Part shown: piece by piece, positions 14,101-25,500 of the stretch
Layout of the letters: every line of letters starts with the position of its first letter
Numbering within the stretch: the stretch's first letter is position 1
Source: Chrysomallon squamiferum
Lineage: Eukaryota > Animalia > Mollusca
Reading direction: 5' to 3'
DNA: 64,000 nucleotides
Assembly (NCBI GenBank): GCA_012295275.1
Contig: CM022665.1
Location: 46,004,001 to 46,068,000 of the forward strand
Notes under the pieces: model-generated
Told to the model about the DNA's origin: nothing
Seen by the model: only the letters and a program-made list of their open reading frames with translations
The model's database searches: none
Program-made: the position numbers and the translations under genes

Positions 14101-17100
14101 TTTTAAATATGTGTCCAAAATCATTACACTAACTTAATGCAGCTGATGTAGGAATTTAAAAATATAAACAATCATTGCTGGTGCCAGAATATGTTACAGA
14201 ATTGTTTTTGTTTTCAGAATGATCTGCTGCTGTGAAAAATTAACTTGGTAAAAATTAACTTCGTCACAATTTTGGCCGTCTGCTGATTTGATATGGCTCT
14301 TTTATGTTTTATGCCTGCAGTTTAATTAGATAGAAAAACTGTATTACTGAGACAGCACTTACGATCCGAGTAGGAAGACTCCTTCGTTTATTCTCCTCAG
14401 CGCCTGCTGTGCTCCCGGTTTCCTCACAAACTCTACAATGCCCTCTCCGGTGGATTTACCTCGATCATCGACAATCACAACGGCTCTCTCCAACTCGCCA
14501 AACTGACTGAACGCTTCATTCAGAAGCTCATTAGAAACGTAAGGATGCAAGTTGGAGACCTTCAAAGCTGCGCCGTGAGTTGCGAAACGCACTCGCAGAG
14601 TTCTGCCGTTTTGTGTTTTCCCATCCAGAGCTGCCTTGGCAGCCTCAGCATTGTGTCTGAAATCCTGTGGAAAAATAAAATAAATAAAAAAGTTTACTAA
14701 AAGAATACTTTGATCAAATTTTGGGAGTCGTGTGTGTGTACCATAATTTTGTTTTATCAACAGTTCTTAATGAACAGTCGCTGTTGAAATGGCACGAAAA
14801 TTTACTGTTGTTAAAAAAAAAAAAAAAAAAAATTATACATTTCCATTTTTTTCTTCTTCTTCAAAACAAAAAGCAGCCATTTTATTTTTTTATCTGTATT
14901 ATTTTCACTTTTTTCCTCAAGCCAGTGGTTTTTGGAAATTTATATGAAGTACAACCAAGTGAATATATGAGTTCATTCGCTAGGCTGGGGTAATAAAGAT
15001 GTTAAACTCTACTGATTACGTCAAATGAATGCGACTAAATAACGGGATACACATTAACTGGCAATGTGAAAATGCAAACACAGGTAAATCAGAATTTTAA
15101 CTATCTACATTTTGCAATGGAAATAATACAACATTGCAGATACTGTATTTATCTTTTATTGTTACACAGACAATTATTGATTCAACTATCCTAGAAAAAC
15201 AAACACACACATTCAATAAATTTACTTATGCACAGCTGTGGCCATTATTTGTAAATTATTCCCATAATGGGTTTATTGACCTTAATATTATTTTTGAAAA
15301 AAAAAAAAACTTTAAATGGATTCCATCAATTTCACTGCTTACATACTGAAAAAACTAAGAAAAAATCTTTCAATTCAAAAAAATAATTGTGATATTTTGC
15401 CATTTTTCAATGACACTGTCCAACAAAAAAAAAAAAAAAAAAATAAAACAGCCATTTCAGTATCAAGTTGTATTATTTTCTACTGCATTACTATTTTCAG
15501 CTAGTGGATTATGCAAATTTAAAGGAAATTTGATCGTGCAAAGGCAATGCTTAAACAGTTTATTGATTAAGTGTGGCAAGGGGCAAGATAGCTTAAATGT
15601 TTTGTTTTTTTTTTTTTTTTTTTTTTGTTAACTTAATTTTTGAATACATGAAAAATACATATTTAAGAATCACACTGAAGTGGGCTTCTCTGATTAGCAA
15701 CATGCAACATTTCATGTGCTCTATGAAAGCGTCTGTAACACTGGAAGTGACTGGGACAAGAAATGGCCCATTAGCAGAATCCTCAACAGTCTGAGATGCG
15801 GCAGATGACTCCAGCAGAAATATCAACTTTGAAACACCAGATTTAAATATAATATAAAAATGTAGCAAAAGGCTTTTTTCCCCCCAAAAAAAAAAAGATG
15901 GTAGTGAAATAAACAAATTATAGAAATTTTTAATTAGGCAACCCACTGAGCCTTTAGCTTAACAACAGCACCATTTCTATGATTTTTAATATCCAAAAAG
16001 TAGGCCTTTCTTGGAAATAGCCAATAGGATAATGAATAGCCTTTAATGGCACCATTTTTGGTGATTAATAATCTTCCACATACAAAATGTGCTCGCTTGT
16101 TTATATTGACAAATATTTGGATGAATACTGAGACACTGTGTTTTTTAACTGATAAATCTGAATAAAGTTGCAGATTATGTAACAAAATGAAGTGTATTTT
16201 ATAAAAGTTATATGGTGCACACACTCTCTGAACTATGGCTGTACCCCACCACTCGCAGGTATTTGCAAACTTCATGCAAAACAATTACTAAAGAGTAAGA
16301 ACATTGATTAATAAGAATTTTACTTTGAAAATTCCTGTATATATTGATTGTTCAATCAGCAAAGTCCTCTCTACGAAGAGAACATCTCTTTCAACCCAAT
16401 CCAAGAACTAATAATTTCCACAAAATTAGCCCAGTCTCTTATCATCTTGGAAATTCATTAGGACACTCAGTGAAAAAGTTGATCTTTCTGTTTGGAATTG
16501 AGCCTACAGTTCCAGAAAAACTGATGGCCTTTCTGTAAATTCTAGCCAAACCATGAACAAGTTATAGCTTTGATTTTCAACATCTGTAACGTCATTCTGT
16601 GGAATTCTCGCATAAAAATGAGACTACTTCAGATATACTGGCCAACTGAAGGCAAATATGGTTAGGCCTTCAATAAACTGTACCAATATCTGGCAATTTC
16701 TTTAGCCATGTTAACAAACCCTTGGACATTACCCAATGCTTCCTACATTAGGTAGCTGTTTAAAGTCTACTGTGATCATTTTGCTTAAAATACAAACAAC
16801 CAGTAACATTTAAAAAAAGAACTAATTTCCCATCCTGTCTGAATTGTTTTTGCAGAAACTTTAGTAAAAGGAAAGTAAGAACATATTTTTACTTTGTTTT
16901 TTTTACAATCAATAAAAAGTAAGTGGCAGGAAAAAGTGTTCAGTTATATGATGCCAGTGCCTGGGTAGTTTGGAAGATCCTGCATTAGTGTATCAGGTGA
17001 ATGGTTCACCTCTCAGCTAATTTCCATATTTGCTACATATACACATATATATTTTAACTTTTTATCTACTAAACCCAACTAGAATTTATCATAACCATCT

Positions 17101-18201
17101 GTAAATAAGAATCCATTGTAAACTGCGTAACAGGCCAGTAAGGTGGCTTTTTATAGCAATGTTCATATTCATAGATTTCATCATATTTTGAATGTTTTAT
17201 TATCATCTGTATAAAAATATTTATTATAAAACTTTTTTCCAGCATGACCATTCATTAACCTTATATTTTACATTCAATTAATATTTTTTTTTTTTTTTTT
17301 TTTTTTAAATTTCCACCAATAATATTCAGTAATTTTGGATATTCAATGTTTAATATAAATATTTGCTTACAATCGAAATTACATTTTACCTGTAACCCAT
17401 TTCAACTGAAATGTATTAGATTTTCTAAAATATCTGGTACTTTAAATGCCTAGCCTTAATCAAAATTGTTAGATGTAATTTGCCACATGAAAAAAGTGAA
17501 GCTGGTGATAGGTACATGGATAAAAACAATTTGTTTAAATTTCAGTTAACCTATACTGTATATAAAACATACTATAAAATAATAAACTTTAAGTATAATA
17601 TGAAGTAGAGTAATTACTAAATTAGTGTACTGTATAGCATTGTCATTTTTTAAACTATACCTACCAATCTTATGAATCCAAAACTGCGGGATGGATTGAC
17701 ATAAACTTCAGAAACGTCACCAAATGGTTGAAAGAGTTGTTTAAATTCTTCCTCAGTCATCTCAGGTGCCAAATTCCCAACAAACAGTCGACATCTGCCA
17801 GTGAATTTCTTGGGATCACCCGACGCCTCTGTAGATTGTTCACTCTTCATTCTGTTTGAATCTTGGCCTCTGTCTTTCTCAAAGTGCTGATATTTAGGTG
17901 GACGGTTCATGCCTCCTCTATTCTGATTATTCTGATTGGGACCACGATTATGATGCTGAAATTTATCGAGATTATTATGATTGGCACCACCACCTCCACC
18001 ACCAATATTACCGCGCGGCGGCCCTTGTTTGTTATTCATATTCTGTGGCGTTTTATTATCTTTTTGATCTTGATTCGAATCCGTCGATGATTTTGGTGGA
18101 GTCTGAGGTTCATTTTTCTGTTTATTTTGTTCATCCTTCTTCGGCTGTGGACCTTTCATCCCTTGTTGCGGCGGTTTATTGTAGTTATGTTGTCGATTCA
18201 T
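5120..18201 (-). CDS. NONO: DBHS-family RNA-binding protein (NONO/SFPQ/PSPC1/nonA/hrp65-like), 9 coding exons, about 609 aa
   Basis: Exons (minus): 18201-17665, 14664-14363, 13819-13724, 13411-13215, 12716-12629, 12168-12042, 11497-11384, 10921-10796, 5362-5120; all GT-AG with matching phases. Q/N/G-rich N-terminus, RRM1 (RCRLFVGNL...FGFIRL), RRM2 ([16 protein letters not shown]...[17 protein letters not shown]), NOPS ([17 protein letters not shown]), coiled coil, G/P/M-rich tail and C-terminal basic NLS KRMRRF*. An in-frame stop lies upstream of the ATG at 18201. The symbol denotes the family; a single invertebrate gene is co-orthologous to NONO/SFPQ/PSPC1. Confidence 0.95.
10660..10695 (-). 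CDS. Candidate alternative last exon of the DBHS gene ([11 protein letters not shown]), giving an NLS-less isoform
   Basis: Long polypyrimidine tract plus CAG acceptor (10698-10696) only 100 nt after the phase-0 donor of exon 8; 11 codons in phase 0, then TAA. Confidence 0.55.
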   Translation of the reverse strand: MFEDLHFQLPD

Positions 18202-18538
18202 TGTCAAAGAAAATGTAAAAGCAAAATGGCCTCTTTATGTAAATGTGCGTCAATTGAACTGTACATCTAGGTCACTGTTGCGCTTGCTGAAGGTCTAAAA
18301 CCAACTGCTTTGATACCAAAGAAAGTGGAAGAGTAGTACAAGTGAAAAGGCCAGGTTTGCCATGTCAGATTTTCATTAATTCAATAAACGTCTTTAAAAT
18401 TATACTTATATCATAATAGAACATCCAGAATTTCAATTATTATTATTATTAATTAGTCGATTATTTTATCTATATGTTTTATGAGTATCTGCTGACACAT
18501 TTTTTGCAGGTTACCAAAACAAAACGAACAATTAAAAG

Positions 18539-18598
<60 letters not shown>

Positions 18599-19505
18599 AG
18601 TTTGATTTATAAAATTCTGTTTTATTTCACTTTTTAGTCCTTTCTCTCTCGATCGACTTTGCAGTATATACTATTATTGTGTAACCATGCTAGTGCCCTA
18701 ATTTCTGTTGAAAAAAAAAAATAAATAAAAAATAAAATTAATAAATAAAAAAAACTGTAAATGAGTAAAAAATCGTATAACCTTATTTCAGATGTGAAAT
18801 TTACACCTTAGTTCTCATACTGTAAATAATAAAATCACTTTGAATTATTCTTAAAAGATTGTTATTTGTGTGAAAATTCTTTTTAACTTATATAAAACCA
18901 ATAGAAGATATTTGCAGGATAAAGTTAATTTAATATATAAAAATGCTTTCAGTTAAAAATAAAAAAGAGATACTTCTGTGAATGATTTATCATCATCATT
19001 ATCATTATTATTTTAAACTGACATTAGTTGGAAACGCATAAGATTGTTGAAACTTTGTGAGGGAAAATGGGTTTTAGACCCACGCAAAGTTTATGACATC
19101 TAACCAGTCTACGGATCCCTTAACACTTTAAATAAAATTTACTTTTAAAACAAGCGCTGAAATTATAAATAGCTGTTATAAGTTACCGACAACATACAAT
19201 TAAAATTAAAACCTTGAGAATGATATTTTATAATTATATTTTCCGCTAATACGGAAATCTCGATATTTCGAGATTCATTAAAGGGGATGTCGCTTGCAAG
19301 TGCTATTTTCCAAAGCGAGGCTAATTGCCGTCCTGCAAGAGTCTTTGTTATAATTACTTGAAAATCATTTTAATTAAATGCTAATAATTGTTGCATGTAC
19401 AGATCGTACATGAACTGATTATTATTTATCAGTGTGTAATTTATTAATACACTCAAGGGACGTAATCAAAATAAATAATACGGCGCGCTTTCCATCTTAA
19501 GGAAA
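18202..19505. promoter_or_regulatory. Divergent (bidirectional) promoter region between the DBHS gene and ZMYM
   Basis: Two start codons 1.3 kb apart pointing away from each other; YY1-like motifs near both starts (AAAATGGC 18223-18230; CCATCTT...AAAATGG at about 19492-19509); CpG-containing patches. Confidence 0.65.
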
Positions 19506-22500
19506 ATGGACGATTCCTCTAGTGATACTACTACTAGTGATTGTCACGGCGTTTTGGTAAAGGTATCATTATTAATTTACAATATTTTTCATTTATATTT
19601 TATCTGCCATTTTCACCGTTATATATAAAGATGTATATAAACAGAATCTGGAAAACACATTGGTCTTGTATAATGACAGCAATTAGTGTAACTATATTTA
19701 TTATAAACGTAGTTATCTCCCTTCCATGCCATCCATACTTGCCCATTAACAGTTGACATTTAAGTGTAATAAATTAGTACTTTAATAGAGAAATATTCAG
19801 TAAAAAATTCGTTACTAATTTTTTTTTTTTATTATATTTTGAATATGTATTGTTATCAAACATTAATAATTCAAAATTTTTCCCGAACGCAGTGTAGGGG
19901 AAATAACTCCCATTTTGGCTCGACATTAACAAATACATGTAATGATCATTATGATGCATTTGAAACAGGATTGTATTCAGTATATTTATTTATATCAAAA
20001 CAACAGAAACTTGCATATTACTTATAATACAACTGAACATGTGTGATGCCATTTATTTTTATTCAAATTTACCCATAACTCTGGAGAATCAAGTCATCAA
20101 AACAGAACAAAAACATAATAATAATAATAAATTTCAATACGCATGATAAATAATAGTAATAATAATAATAATAATCATAATATTATTATTTATTTATTTA
20201 TTTATTTACTTTTGTAATAGGCCTACTAATGTAACATGCATTTTGTTTTTAAAGTAGTTACAGTAAACAGCATAAAATAAAATTTTCAAATTGTTCAGCG
20301 TAATTCTGCAAATATGAGGTAAAATGCATTGAGTTTTACCTGACTTATGCTAAGACAGTGCCAACAACATTGTCATATTTTTTCATTTAATTTTTTTTTT
20401 TTTTTCATAATTATTATTTTAATGTAATCAGCTGTCCTTTTTCACTCCTTGTTAGACAGAAAACCTGTATTCATGACGTCAAGTCGTTGATAGAAATCAA
20501 CAGTTTCGATTGACTGCTGATTGTGAAATGCCTTTCGGAATTAGTTAACAACAAACAAAATGTGTGAATGCAAAGCTTGGGGTTGCACAAACAACAAAAG
20601 AAAAAATCCTGACAAACATTATTTTTGTGTGCCAAAGCCAAATACAGAGGAAAAGAAAATTCGAGTCCAACAGTGGCTTGATAATCTAGGCACAGGACAC
20701 TCAATTGAAACGTTTAAATTTGGTCGAAATAGTGTTGTTTGCATTGATCATTTTGAGGAAAAATACATCAAAAGGGATTTGATGTCAGAGCTGCTTGGTT
20801 TAAAAAGGAAATACAGACTGACTGAAGATGCAGTACCGACACTTGTAAATCTGTCCGCTAAGCCAACTAAAGGATGCAGAAAAAAACTAAAGGTAAACCA
20901 CTGCTGTCACATGATAATACACTTTCCACCAAACGAGAAAACTACAATATATCAAAAAAAAAAAAATATTAATAATAATTTAAAAAAAATATATATATAT
21001 ATATACATAAACAGTTCAAACTGCTGATAAGACTATGGAGTCAGACTTCTATGTTCTGTTAATTTTTTTATTTGTACTTCTTGTCTTGACAACGAAAAAA
21101 TATTCTCTATCTTCAAATGATTTTTTAAAAATTTCTTTAACGTGTGGAAATTGTAATTCAGAAAGTGTTTCAGATTTTGTTCTGTTCACATTGAAAGAGC
21201 ATAAAGATGTCTGATAAAATTTGTTTCAAGTTTATTTTTTTATTTTTATTTTTTTATTTATTTATTTGTTATCTGTTGGAATAAAATAAGATATAAAATT
21301 AATATAAGCAAAAGTTTATTTAAAGTGACTCTACAATGCTAACAGATAGCAAAAAAAACATTTTGTTTACTACCAAATACTGTTTTGTTATGTTGGAAAC
21401 TAATCTTTGCTAACAACAAATTATAACTGTGTAAATAACAAGTCTGCAAAGAAGCCTGGTTAGACAGAAAACCTGCATTCATGACGTCAAGTCGTTGATA
21501 GAAGTCAGCAATTTTCTTCGATTGACTGCACATTTTAAATTATGCATTTAAATGAGCAAGTGGTTATGTTTTACAAAATGCATCATATCAAAAAGTGAAC
21601 AGAATTTGTTGTAGAATGATTTTGGATATTTGGTGACATTTTCAATATTTGACTGCAGTGCAGAACAAACTTGTAGTATAACCACTACCTGATAAGCCTG
21701 GATTACACAGCATGAGTCTCTTATAAACCGTGAAACAAGAGTTCTGTTGAAAATAGTTTGTTACTATTACAACATTTCTATCCAGAAATTAGGACAAGTC
21801 AATAAAGCCTTTGGAATGTCTTTCACTTATGGTACCAAGTTCTGTTGTAAATTTCTGTCCAGAAAGCCAAAGGTACTAAAGATGGCATATTGAGTTTGTA
21901 GAGAAATACAAGTTTTGATAAATTGGAAGTGAATCTAGTAACTACAATGATGGAATAAGTATGCTGTTTCCTGAGCAAGAATGCAGACATGCAGCAGACC
22001 TCATCAATGTTTCTGTGTCATATTGTTAGTAGTCTTGAAGATTGCAAAAATTATTTTTATTTTATTTATTTTTTAAAATTATTTGAATGACAAATACATA
22101 AAAACAAGAATAAAAGTAACATTGTAAAGGTAAAGCTGTACATAGAACCTTGCTTGGAAACCTGGCAAGTTAATGGAACACATGTTCAATATTGCTTACC
22201 ACAAGGACCCCAAACAAATTGGAAATTCAACATGGAAACTACTGATTGCATTCTTTTCAGCAGAGAGAAATCAACTTGAAGTAAAGGATCCATCCATCTC
22301 TTTATCAGTGAAAAATACTCTAATGGAAAACAAAAATCAGTTGATATTAAACAGAAATTTGATTCTTGTTGAGGCAGATAAACCTCGGACTGTTTCCACC
22401 GATGATTCACCTGCAACAGTTTGACCTGAACTTTTCTTTTGTACAGATAGATGTCTTTATCTTCTGTTACAAGCTTGGACTCTGATGCAAGAACTGAAGC

Positions 22501-25500
22501 CACATCTCTTTTGACTGAAGTGAAGGATGTAAGAGCTTTACAGCTCCTGGAATTCATTTTTATTTGGTTCCATTCATAACACAGCAGTTGATCAAACATC
22601 TATCAACGACATGGCGTCATTTTTCTTTCTGTTTGCATGTTATTTATTCTGCATTATATAGAAAATTATCAAATAATGCGCAGCTGTATCATTTATTAGA
22701 AAATTAAATTTTGAAATTGTTGTTTTGGTAATTTTGAAAAATATATATATATATATTTTTTTTTTTTCAGCTGCCTCTGAGGTGTTCAAATTGATATTGT
22801 TGTTATTCTTTTTCTTTTTCTTTATCATTGTATTAATTCTATTATTATTTATTTTATTATTAATTTTAGGAACATAAACCTGTTGAGGATGATAAGACTA
22901 ACATTGTTCAGACAGACAGTGGTTTTGATGACAAGATTACGGGCAGTGACAGCAAATCGGATGAAGGCAAGTGTTTGCAGGAAGAAATTAAAATAGAGAA
23001 AGTTCATGATCAGGAATGGTCCCAGTCAGAAATGATGTCTGGCACAGATGATGTTAGTGCAGAAGTGATGCCAGAAAGTTCTGGTCAGCCAATTGCAGAG
23101 TCTGGTCCTGAAATTACTTCTGAACTTAATGACCAGACATCAGAACAGATCACTGTCTCAGAGAATCCTGATTGTGAAGAGTCAGTGAGCTCTGAAAACA
23201 ATGAGTTGGAGACTGATGGTGCTGACAATCAAGAATCAGAACAGGCATCAGCAGATTCTCATGAATGTCATGAGGAACAGCAGCCTGATGATTCTTCTGA
23301 AGCTGCTGTTCCAGACAAACAAGATTTGGGATCTGATGAGTTGGATGACAGAGATAAAAATGACTTGGAACAGGAAAAGGCAGATATTTCTGAGACTAGA
23401 ACAGAGAACGAGTCAGTTCATGCTGAGCCTGATTTAGCTGAAAGACCAGCTTCAGTATCAGGCAGTCCAGATTCTGTTCAGGTTGATTCTGAAGAAATGG
23501 AAGAGAAATTTGAAAAGAACTCTTGTTCAAAAACTGATGAAAATGAAGCTAAAGAAATGTCTGAAGAAAACTCAACAGACAAAATGTCAGGTGTAGAGAA
23601 TGCCAACAAAGATAGTGATGAAAAGGAGCAAACAGATGAAGCAAGTGCACAAGAAAATACTTCTGATGTTGGTAAAGATGTTGATGAAAAGGAGGTAGCA
23701 GAAGAGGAGAAAAAGGATCCTGAAAGCGAGGAAGAAGCTGTTATGTCTGAAGAGACTGACAACAAGGATGAGGAGTCTGCACAGAATAAAGAAAATGATG
23801 CTGATGCAGTTGAGGGCAAAGATACCTCAGAAGAGAAACAACAGAACAGTGAAAAAGATGTCTCAGAGCAAGACATGGAAACAGAAGCCAGTGCTGATAT
23901 GAGCTCAAAGGAAGAACATAAATCACTTGAGAAGTCCTCAGAAGCTGATCAAAATAATGGAGACCAACCCACAGCAGACGAGATGGACTTGGATGAAAGT
24001 GGGAAGGACAAAGACGAGAAGGAAGAAAATGATGCTGCAATGGAAGTGGACAAGGCGGATTCAGGTGAAGAGACAGCAGGAGCTGGTGGTTCTGAGGTCA
24101 CTGAAGAAAAAGATGAGAAAGAAACAGGTGAAAGAAATGATGAAAATGAGAAGGAAGAGGTGGAAGAAGATGCGAAAAATGAAATGGCTGGTTCCGACTG
24201 TGAAACAAAGAGTACTGTAAATGCTAGTGAGTCTGAAGGTAAAGATGATTCAGACGTCAGCACAGCTAAAGAAGAAGAGAAGACGTCCAAGTCGGCCAAA
24301 GGTGAAGAGGATGATCTGGTACTGATTGAAGATGACAAGCCAGAGGCCATTATTGTTGACGATGATGACGAAAGTTCTGAGAACAAAAACAGACTTTCTA
24401 ATGGTATTTTGAACACTGGGAATGACATGGGTCTGCAGATAGCATCAGTGTCAGGGAGAGTGGAAATGCCAGATGATGATAAGGTGAGTGACAAGCAGGA
24501 CAATATGGCGTCATGATAGATGTAATGATAAGATGGGCAAACAGCATTTACTCATATAATATATATTTTTTTTTTAAGATTAAATGATTTTTTTTATTAA
24601 ATAAGTTCCCTTTAGTTTAAATTTAAAAAATAATAAAAGTTCTTTTGGTAAATGACATCTTCTCGTTGAACTAGTATCATTATCTAACTGTCAGCTTGTT
24701 CATGTTTATTACTTACTTATATTTGTGACTTTTGTACTTTGAATTAATAAGTTAAAAAAATTGATCTAAGTTAGTACATAATCAAATACAGGCGTTCTTT
24801 TAGAGAACAGATTGTATGATACAGGGATTAAAAAAAAAAATTTATCTCATAAATTTAAAAAAAAAAATTTGTCTCATAAATTTAAAAAAAAAAAAATATT
24901 TTCAGAATAAAGATGGTACTCAAATTAAAGAAGAACCAAAAACAGTTCCAGGTAAAGTTATGTTTATCAAGATAAAAACCTTTCTTATTGTTGTCACTTG
25001 TCACAGTCATCAATTTGTACACAACAGTCAAGAACTTCAGATAACTTGAGGGTTTACATTTCAAACATAAACATAGATTTATTATTAATTTGAAAGCTCT
25101 GAATTTATCTAAAATTGTTTATATTTTAAAAGATCTCATAATCCTGGGAATAGGTTGGAACTGGAAATAACACTAAAGTAAAGGTGAAGAGGATCGATTC
25201 TAAAATTCATCTGCCCTCAGTTAAAATAATTTATATATATAATGATTTTCTTTACTCCATTAAACAGAAAACTACTGAGCTATTATAAATCAAAGTTTAT
25301 ATGACCATTGTTGTTTATAAATTAATTTAAAAAAATGTTTTTATTTTCATAGAAAAGAAACTACCAGAAAAGAAAGGTTCATCGGGCGCAGGTCAGAAGA
25401 CATCCAAGTCTCAAACGTGCATTGTTTGTAGAAAGGTAAATTACTTTTGTAAACTAGCCAGCTCTTCACAGTGTTAACAAAAACACAGCCTAAATGTATT

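Noticed and set aside
23201-24503. Several overlapping ORFs on both strands over ZMYM exon 2
   Set aside because: Shadow ORFs from biased acidic codon content
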